Source: a virus
Length of the DNA: 64,000 nt
Direction: 5' to 3' (one strand)
IMG/VR virus record: IMGVR_UViG_3300022562_001344
Span: 18,277-82,276 of that record
Part shown: positions 56,882 through 64,000 of the stretch, one piece after another
Layout of the letters: every line of letters starts with the position of its first letter
Position numbering within the stretch: the first letter of the stretch is position 1
Notes under the pieces: generated by a model
The model's input: only the letters and a program-made list of their open reading frames with translations
Database searches by the model: none
What the model was told of the DNA's origin: nothing
Made by a program: the position numbers and the translations under genes

Positions 56882-57271
56882 ATGAGCCGACTCGTGTCCG
56901 CCGGGACGATCGCCTACGCTCAGGCAGATTTCTTTCAGCCGAAGGGTAGCATCAACAGGCTGCCTGGGATTGTTGCCGCTAGCCTCGGCATGACGGTCTT
57001 TGCGAACTCGTCGGTCATGTCCTGGGACCTGGTGGACGGGGGAGGGACCTCGAACGCCAACGTGTCTGCCGGGTCCGTTTACTTCGAGGAGATCTCCGGA
57101 GCCTCCGGTTTCTACTTGGTTCGCTTCTTCCCTGACAGGGTCGGTTTCTGGAGGATAGTCTTTTCCTACCCGGCCCTCCAGCAGGAGGTTCTCCTCGAGT
57201 TCGACGTGGTCCCCGCAAACGTGTTCAAGGCCGTCGCGAAGGGCGGCCTCACAGCTTCGTTCGATCCGTGA
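56882..57271 (+). CDS. probable virion protein, Ig-like
   Basis: EISGASGFYLVRFFPDRVGFW. Confidence 0.6.
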   Translation: MSRLVSAGTIAYAQADFFQPKGSINRLPGIVAASLGMTVFANSSVMSWDLVDGGGTSNANVSAGSVYFEEISGASGFYLVRFFPDRVGFWRIVFSYPALQQEVLLEFDVVPANVFKAVAKGGLTASFDP

Positions 57272-57275
57272 TGAC

Positions 57276-58595
57276 ATGCCCGCCTTCCTCGCTCGCTCAG
57301 ACCTCTCCAGCGGAGACCTGAGGCTGAACCTGATCAATGATGAGGGATTTGCTCAGGACGCCTTCAAGGTCACGTGGACGATTTATTCGTCCGACGGGGT
57401 CCCCGTTTCCGGGCGGGGCCTCCCGGCCCTGAAGTGCGGGGTTGGCCGGTATTACGCCCCATGGTGTGCGAAGGCCGTCAATGGGAACTACAGGATCGTT
57501 TGGTCCGTGGAGGAGGACCCGGGGGACGACGTCCTCACCTACGAGGAGAAGTTCTTCGTAGTCGAGCCTTCCGCCTACCAGTGCTGCCCGAACTTCGTGT
57601 GCGACAATGGGCAACCGGATCCGGGGGGCCTTGCATATCTGACCGGAAGTACACTCGGGAGGGGAGACCTCCCTATTTTCTTCAAGGACTCGTCCGGCGT
57701 TCCGACTGATCCGTTTGTGGTCCTCTGGACCGTTTACAACGTTGTCGGATACCCGATGACTTCACGGATGGAGGCCACCAGAGCTGCGATCGGGGAGTAC
57801 TATGCGGACTGGTTCGTGAACGCCATCGGGGGCGACTACTACGTCCAGTGGGAGTGGGTCGAGGAATCCGGAGACCCCGCCGAGTCGAAGAAGCTCTACT
57901 TCTCCGTCATCAGTCCGCCGGCGCTTGTTTTCACCAGCCGCGGTAATTGCAATACCGGGGGCGCGACGTCGTGCGCTCCCTCCGGCACCGACTGTTGCTC
58001 CTCCTCTTGTGTCGTCCCGCTCTTTCAGACCCAAGTCGTCAACAAGCAGGTTTACAGCGGCGGTGGCGGATCTTGTGGGGCGTTCGTTGGCTCTGTCCTG
58101 TGCGTGCCCCCGATCTCGTTCCCTCCATCCTCCCCATCCATTCCGGCTTCTGTTCCGTCGGCGGCTTGCTGTCCGTTCGAGGTCTCTCGGGTCCCGCATT
58201 TCTCTGGCGCCCTCATGGCCGGAGGTGCTTTCTCGGATCAGGCTCCCTTCAGCATTCCGTCCGGGGTCCGGCGCGTCGCCTTCTACATCACGTATACGCG
58301 CGGGGCCCAGAATGGGTACGGGCTGTTTCGCCTGATGTGGGGGAATGGGACCGACGAGACTCAGTCAACCCTCATTGACTCTGACTTCACATCTCTGTCC
58401 TCCGTGGCCTCATCCCAAGACATGTACCTGAACGACCTGAAGGGGCCCGTCCCGACTAACGGGAATCCGGTCAAGTTCACCCTCGAGACCGGGGTCCCGG
58501 GAGGAGCGACGACTGTCAGGCTTTTGGCTGCGGAGGGAGGGGCTACCGGGGCACCTGGGACGGTTAGTATCAGCTTGACAGCCGCGAGTCGATAA
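57276..58595 (+). CDS. virion protein with duplicated Ig-like domain and Cys-rich linker
   Basis: GDL..D.F.V.WT.Y..G.YYA.W..G.Y...W present twice; CC clusters. Confidence 0.7.
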   Translation: MPAFLARSDLSSGDLRLNLINDEGFAQDAFKVTWTIYSSDGVPVSGRGLPALKCGVGRYYAPWCAKAVNGNYRIVWSVEEDPGDDVLTYEEKFFVVEPSAYQCCPNFVCDNGQPDPGGLAYLTGSTLGRGDLPIFFKDSSGVPTDPFVVLWTVYNVVGYPMTSRMEATRAAIGEYYADWFVNAIGGDYYVQWEWVEESGDPAESKKLYFSVISPPALVFTSRGNCNTGGATSCAPSGTDCCSSSCVVPLFQTQVVNKQVYSGGGGSCGAFVGSVLCVPPISFPPSSPSIPASVPSAACCPFEVSRVPHFSGALMAGGAFSDQAPFSIPSGVRRVAFYITYTRGAQNGYGLFRLMWGNGTDETQSTLIDSDFTSLSSVASSQDMYLNDLKGPVPTNGNPVKFTLETGVPGGATTVRLLAAEGGATGAPGTVSISLTAASR

Positions 58596-61500
58596 TGTCT
58601 ATCGAGAACCCCCGCGGCAAGAAGCCCGGCGCGACCGGAGCCACCGGCCCTCAGGGGGCTACCGGGCCGCAGGGGGCTACCGGGGTTGTCGGCCCTACTG
58701 GTCCGACTGGGCCGCCCGGAGCTACTGGACCTCAGGGAGTGACCGGACCGCAAGGCGTCACCGGTCTACCCGGGCCAATTGGTGCCACCGGTCTGCAGGG
58801 GGTTACTGGTCTGCAGGGGGTTACTGGTCCGCAGGGGATTCAGGGATCGCCCGGAGTGACAGGGGCGCAAGGAGTCACTGGACCGCTCGGCGCCACTGGA
58901 CCGCAGGGGGTGACGGGCCCACAGGGCGCGACGGGTGTCATAGGCCCCCAGGGGATCCAGGGATCTCCCGGCTCAACCGGTGCAACTGGCTCTGTTGGTC
59001 CGACTGGCCCTCAGGGAGCTACCGGAATTCAGGGAGCTACCGGAATTCAGGGGATCACCGGTCCGCAGGGTCCGACCGGTCCTCAGGGCGCGACGGGTGT
59101 CATTGGTCCCCAGGGTTCCCCGGGTGTCACAGGACCAACAGGTCTCCAGGGTGCTACGGGTCCGCAGGGCGCTACGGGAGTTCAAGGACCGACCGGAGCT
59201 ACGGGACCACAAGGAGCTACGGGACCACAAGGAGCCACCGGCCCTCGAGGTGCTACTGGTGTGCAGGGGCCAACCGGAGCCACTGGCCCAACGGGATCCC
59301 AGGGCGCGACGGGACCCCAGGGCATCCAAGGGACGCCCGGACCGCGTGGGGCAACAGGTCTTCCAGGACCTCAAGGTCCACAAGGTTCGCCGGGCGCGAC
59401 CGGTCCACAGGGCGCGACCGGAGTTCAAGGACCAACCGGAGCCACGGGCCCGCAGGGTTCTCCCGGGACTACTGGTCCACAAGGTTCGCCGGGCGTAACT
59501 GGGCCCCAAGGCCCTACCGGGGCGACAGGACCGACAGGCCCTCAGGGTGTCACGGGCCCGCAGGGCGCCACAGGTCCGCAGGGCGCCACAGGCCCTCAGG
59601 GGGTGACTGGTACGACAGGACCGACAGGCCCGCAAGGCGCCACAGGCCAACAGGGAGCCACTGGCCCGCAGGGAGCCACGGGCGCCACCGGCCCGATCGG
59701 CCCACAGGGTCAAACCGGACCCGCTGGCCCAACAGGCCCGCAGGGCCAGACCGGAACCATAGGTCCGACGGGCCCGCAGGGGCAGACCGGAGCCACTGGA
59801 CCCGCCGGCGCTACTGGCCCCCAGGGGGCTACCGGTTCGATAGGGCCGCAAGGGATTACCGGATCGACAGGCCCGCAGGGCGCCACAGGCCCGCAGGGAA
59901 TCCAAGGATCACCGGGTGTCACCGGCGCGACCGGGCCGACCGGACCCCAGGGTGAGACCGGTCCGACCGGCCCGCAGGGCGCTACAGGCCCGCAGGGGAT
60001 CCAGGGATCACCGGGTGTCACCGGTGCGACTGGGCCCACGGGTCCCCAGGGATCGCCTGGCGTAACCGGACCGACCGGCTCGCAGGGGGCCACCGGGGTA
60101 CAAGGTCCGACCGGAGCCACGGGTCCGGCCGGAGCCACGGGTCCGGTCGGACCCATCGGCCCTCAGGGGACCCAAGGATCCCCCGGTGTAACTGGTGCAA
60201 CTGGACCGACCGGGCCACAAGGCCCGACGGGCCCGCAGGGGGAGCAAGGGACGATCGGGCCTCGCGGGTTCACCGGGTTGCCCGGACCGGCAGGGGCAAC
60301 CGGACCGACTGGGCCCCAGGGCCCTACTGGTGCAACTGGTCCCACTGGACCCGCCGGCGCTACTGGCCCTCAGGGTCCCCCCGGCCCTCAGGGTCCCCCC
60401 GGCCCCACAGGTCCGCAGGGTGACACCGGCCCGACGGGTCCTCAAGGTGCGACGGGTCCACAGGGTGGCCAGGGCTCCCCCGGAGTAACAGGGGCGACCG
60501 GTCCCACAGGCTCTCAGGGAGAGACCGGCCCCACTGGTCCTCAGGGCAATCAGGGGTCTCCGGGAGTAACAGGTGCGACTGGACCGACTGGTCCTCAAGG
60601 CAACCAGGGATCTCCTGGCGTTACAGGCCCTCAAGGTGATCAAGGGTCACCTGGTGCGACCGGCATAACTGGTCCCCAGGGCGAGCAGGGTTCACCCGGA
60701 GTCACGGGAGCAACCGGACCGCAGGGGGACCAAGGTTCACCCGGAGTTACGGGGTCTATTGGACCTGACGGAGCTACAGGTGCGACTGGTCCTCAGGGTG
60801 ATCAAGGCTCGCCTGGAGTCACAGGAGTCACGGGTCCCGATGGAGCCACCGGTGCAACTGGACCAACGGGCCCTCAGGGAGATCAGGGCTCTCCAGGTGT
60901 CACTGGGGCTACCGGGCCTACTGGTCCTCAAGGAAATCAGGGCTCACCGGGTGTCACAGGAGCGACAGGTCCTGATGGAGCCACAGGGGCGACAGGTCCG
61001 ACTGGACCTCAAGGTGATCAAGGTTCACCAGGAGTCACAGGTCCCCAGGGAAACCAGGGATCTCCTGGAGTCACTGGCGCCACAGGTCCACAAGGAACGA
61101 CTGGGCCTGACGGAGTCACCGGTGCAACTGGCCCCACGGGCCCCCAGGGAGATCAGGGATCCCCGGGTGTCACTGGTGCGACTGGACCTGACGGCGCGAC
61201 GGGAGCGATAGGACCGACTGGTTCGCAAGGTGACCAGGGAAGTCCCGGAGTTACAGGCGTGACTGGTCCTGACGGAGCCACAGGTCCGACGGGTCCGATG
61301 GGCGATCAGGGCTCCCCAGGTGTCACGGGTGCGACCGGCCCGGCGGGCCCAACGGGCCCGCAGGGAGAGCAGGGTTCTCCAGGAGTCACCGGAGCGACGG
61401 GTCCGACTGGGCCTCAGGGGGCTACTGGACCTGACGGTGCAACTGGACCCACGGGCCCCCAGGGAGATCAGGGCTCACCCGGAGTCACGGGAGCAACCGG

Positions 61501-64000
61501 ACCCACGGGTCCGCAGGGAGACCAGGGTTCGCCCGGAGTCACGGGAGCCACGGGACCGACTGGGGCTCAGGGTGATCAAGGGTCACCTGGTGTCACGGGG
61601 GCTACCGGTCCTGACGGGGCTACGGGTGCAACTGGGCCCGATGGAGCTACGGGTGCTACGGGCCCGACGGGTCCCCAGGGAGACCAGGGCTCGCCAGGTG
61701 TCACTGGTGCGACCGGATCGACGGGCCCACAGGGAGACCAGGGATCCCCGGGTGTCACGGGTGCTACTGGTCCGACAGGTCCTCAGGGAGATCAAGGCTC
61801 TCCTGGTGTTACCGGACCGACAGGGCCGCAGGGCGATCAGGGGTCCCCTGGAGTCACGGGTGCCACAGGACCCACTGGACCCCAGGGTGACCAAGGATCG
61901 CCAGGCGTCACTGGTGCCACAGGACCCCAAGGCGAGACCGGACCGACAGGACCTCAGGGCGATCAGGGTAGTCCCGGAGTAACCGGTGCCACTGGTCCTC
62001 AAGGAGATCAGGGGTCCCCCGGGGTCACGGGCGCTACCGGTCCGCAGGGTGAGCAGGGATCCCCGGGCGTCACTGGAGTGACAGGACCTCAGGGTAGTCC
62101 AGGAGTAACGGGAGCCACTGGGTCGAAGGGTGATACGGGTCCGACAGGGCCTCAAGGTGACCAGGGATCTCCTGGTGTCACTGGCGCAACCGGACCGCAG
62201 GGGGGCCAAGGTTCACCCGGAGTCACGGGAGCCACTGGACCAACTGGTCCCCAAGGAGATCAGGGATCTCCGGGCGTAACTGGTGCAACTGGGTCTGATG
62301 GAGTCACGGGAGCGACCGGTCCGACGGGTCCGCAGGGTGATCAAGGATCCCCAGGCGTCACTGGTGCAACTGGACCAACTGGCCCCCAAGGGGAGCAGGG
62401 CTCTCCGGGTGTCACAGGCGCAACTGGACCCGATGGAACAACCGGTGCTACTGGGCCTACAGGTCCGCAGGGCGATCAGGGTTCCCCCGGTGTCACCGGG
62501 GCTACTGGACCTGACGGAGCCACCGGACCGACCGGCCCCCAGGGGGAGCAAGGGTCACCGGGCGTCACTGGTGCAACAGGCCCGACAGGACCTCAAGGCG
62601 ACCAAGGATCTCCCGGGGTAACCGGTGCGACTGGACCTGACGGTGTCACGGGCGCCACTGGCCCGACTGGACCTCAAGGTGATCAGGGCTCACCTGGTGT
62701 CACTGGAGCAACTGGCCCCACAGGTCCGCAGGGAGACCAAGGAAGTCCGGGAGTAACTGGTGCGACAGGGCCAGATGGCGCCACAGGTGCGACCGGACCG
62801 CAGGGAGTACAGGGCTCTCCGGGTGTAACTGGAACAACGGGACCGACTGGTCCGCAGGGCAACCAAGGTTCGCCCGGAGTCACTGGTGCAACTGGTCCAA
62901 CAGGGCCCCAAGGGGATCAGGGCTCACCGGGGATCACCGGTGCGACAGGTCCGCAAGGTGAAACCGGCCCCACTGGACCCCAGGGTGATCAAGGCAGCCC
63001 AGGTGTTACCGGCGCGACAGGGCCGACCGGTCCCCAGGGCTCACCCGGGGTCACTGGGTCCACGGGCCCGCAAGGTGAGACCGGACCCACGGGGCCCCAG
63101 GGTGACCAGGGTTCGCCCGGAGTCACCGGTGCGACTGGTCCTGACGGAGTCACCGGAGCCACAGGTCCCATTGGGCCTACCGGTCCCCAGGGTGATCAAG
63201 GATCTCCGGGAGTCACCGGCGCCACAGGTCCACAGGGATCTCCAGGAACCACTGGGGCTACGGGGCCAACAGGCCCCCAAGGTGACCAAGGTTCACCGGG
63301 TGTCACGGGTGCGACAGGGCCTGACGGAGCCACGGGTCCGACCGGTCCCCAGGGTGATCAGGGATCTCCTGGGGTTACAGGTGCCACGGGCCCGACGGGC
63401 CCCCAGGGAGATCAGGGATCTCCTGGTGTCACGGGAGCAACTGGTCCCCAAGGCGAGCAAGGGTCCCCTGGTGCAACCGGTATAACTGGTCCTCAGGGCG
63501 AGCAGGGTTCGCCTGGTGTCACTGGTGCGACCGGTCCCCAGGGTAACCAAGGCAGTCCGGGTATCACTGGTGCTACGGGACCTCAGGGCGAAACAGGTCC
63601 TACAGGCCCGCAGGGTGAGCAGGGATCCCCGGGTGTCACCGGCGCCAAGGGTGAGCAGGGATCCCCGGGTGTCACCGGCGCCATCGGACCCACTGGTTCA
63701 CAAGGGGAACAAGGAAGTCCGGGAGTTACGGGTGCTACTGGTCCTCAAGGAGCGACTGGTCCAACCGGACCTCAGGGCGACCAGGGATCTCCGGGTGTCA
63801 CTGGAGCGATCGGTCCTACGGGTCCGCAAGGCCAACAAGGATCGCCCGGAGTCACTGGCGCCACCGGGCCAACCGGTCCACAGGGTGATCAGGGCTCCCC
63901 AGGTGTCACGGGTGCGACCGGCCCCACTGGGCCCCAGGGTGATCAGGGTTCTCCCGGAGTAACGGGCGCCACAGGACCACAGGGTGAGACAGGCCCCACT
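58595..64000 (+). CDS. very long collagen-like fibre protein (3' truncated by window; missing from ORF track)
   Basis: TAATG coupling; [11 protein letters not shown] then Gly-X-Y ([18 protein letters not shown]) from 58628 to window end in the same frame and register. Confidence 0.93.
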   Translation, partial: MSIENPRGKKPGATGATGPQGATGPQGATGVVGPTGPTGPPGATGPQGVTGPQGVTGLPGPIGATGLQGVTGLQGVTGPQGIQGSPGVTGAQGVTGPLGATGPQGVTGPQGATGVIGPQGIQGSPGSTGATGSVGPTGPQGATGIQGATGIQGITGPQGPTGPQGATGVIGPQGSPGVTGPTGLQGATGPQGATGVQGPTGATGPQGATGPQGATGPRGATGVQGPTGATGPTGSQGATGPQGIQGTPGPRGATGLPGPQGPQGSPGATGPQGATGVQGPTGATGPQGSPGTTGPQGSPGVTGPQGPTGATGPTGPQGVTGPQGATGPQGATGPQGVTGTTGPTGPQGATGQQGATGPQGATGATGPIGPQGQTGPAGPTGPQGQTGTIGPTGPQGQTGATGPAGATGPQGATGSIGPQGITGSTGPQGATGPQGIQGSPGVTGATGPTGPQGETGPTGPQGATGPQGIQGSPGVTGATGPTGPQGSPGVTGPTGSQGATGVQGPTGATGPAGATGPVGPIGPQGTQGSPGVTGATGPTGPQGPTGPQGEQGTIGPRGFTGLPGPAGATGPTGPQGPTGATGPTGPAGATGPQGPPGPQGPPGPTGPQGDTGPTGPQGATGPQGGQGSPGVTGATGPTGSQGETGPTGPQGNQGSPGVTGATGPTGPQGNQGSPGVTGPQGDQGSPGATGITGPQGEQGSPGVTGATGPQGDQGSPGVTGSIGPDGATGATGPQGDQGSPGVTGVTGPDGATGATGPTGPQGDQGSPGVTGATGPTGPQGNQGSPGVTGATGPDGATGATGPTGPQGDQGSPGVTGPQGNQGSPGVTGATGPQGTTGPDGVTGATGPTGPQGDQGSPGVTGATGPDGATGAIGPTGSQGDQGSPGVTGVTGPDGATGPTGPMGDQGSPGVTGATGPAGPTGPQGEQGSPGVTGATGPTGPQGATGPDGATGPTGPQGDQGSPGVTGATGPTGPQGDQGSPGVTGATGPTGAQGDQGSPGVTGATGPDGATGATGPDGATGATGPTGPQGDQGSPGVTGATGSTGPQGDQGSPGVTGATGPTGPQGDQGSPGVTGPTGPQGDQGSPGVTGATGPTGPQGDQGSPGVTGATGPQGETGPTGPQGDQGSPGVTGATGPQGDQGSPGVTGATGPQGEQGSPGVTGVTGPQGSPGVTGATGSKGDTGPTGPQGDQGSPGVTGATGPQGGQGSPGVTGATGPTGPQGDQGSPGVTGATGSDGVTGATGPTGPQGDQGSPGVTGATGPTGPQGEQGSPGVTGATGPDGTTGATGPTGPQGDQGSPGVTGATGPDGATGPTGPQGEQGSPGVTGATGPTGPQGDQGSPGVTGATGPDGVTGATGPTGPQGDQGSPGVTGATGPTGPQGDQGSPGVTGATGPDGATGATGPQGVQGSPGVTGTTGPTGPQGNQGSPGVTGATGPTGPQGDQGSPGITGATGPQGETGPTGPQGDQGSPGVTGATGPTGPQGSPGVTGSTGPQGETGPTGPQGDQGSPGVTGATGPDGVTGATGPIGPTGPQGDQGSPGVTGATGPQGSPGTTGATGPTGPQGDQGSPGVTGATGPDGATGPTGPQGDQGSPGVTGATGPTGPQGDQGSPGVTGATGPQGEQGSPGATGITGPQGEQGSPGVTGATGPQGNQGSPGITGATGPQGETGPTGPQGEQGSPGVTGAKGEQGSPGVTGAIGPTGSQGEQGSPGVTGATGPQGATGPTGPQGDQGSPGVTGAIGPTGPQGQQGSPGVTGATGPTGPQGDQGSPGVTGATGPTGPQGDQGSPGVTGATGPQGETGPT

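Noticed and set aside
58973-63962. Numerous ORFs in other frames and on the minus strand over the collagen region
   Set aside because: Shadows of the Gly-X-Y repeat; the real frame is the unlisted open one from 58595

Overview
GC-rich segment of a large (jumbo-type) tailed dsDNA phage genome, almost all on the + strand, standard genetic code. Order: (1) 1-11.9 kb replication/recombination/transcription block (RecD2-like helicase, SbcD/Mre11, PD-(D/E)XK nuclease, clamp-like protein, SbcC C-terminal half, primase, DnaX, NusG-like, 5'-3' exonuclease, sigma-region-4 protein); (2) 11.9-33 kb head module (BACON protein, acidic and Cys-rich proteins, terminase, portal, protease, scaffold, decoration, HK97-type major capsid protein); (3) 33-53 kb accessory region (HNH, HEAT-repeat protein, many small ORFs, a three-gene two-component cluster, pyrF, 2H phosphoesterase, GT51 transglycosylase); (4) 53-64 kb virion genes ending in a collagen-like ORF of >1800 codons that runs off the window. 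Best novelty candidates, all read by eye: a DIP1984-like helical protein gene followed by a ~210-nt closed RNA structure presenting nine NAG units at 7-nt period; eight unrelated small proteins sharing a C-terminal [VIL]-x-x-[VI]-M-x-x-stop tag; an RVA(A/V)(R/K)FLE tag on dispersed putative virion cargo; and two promoter classes including at least 14 leaderless GTAnnnT-N5/6-start sites. No database searches were run, so family calls rest on recognised motifs and synteny.
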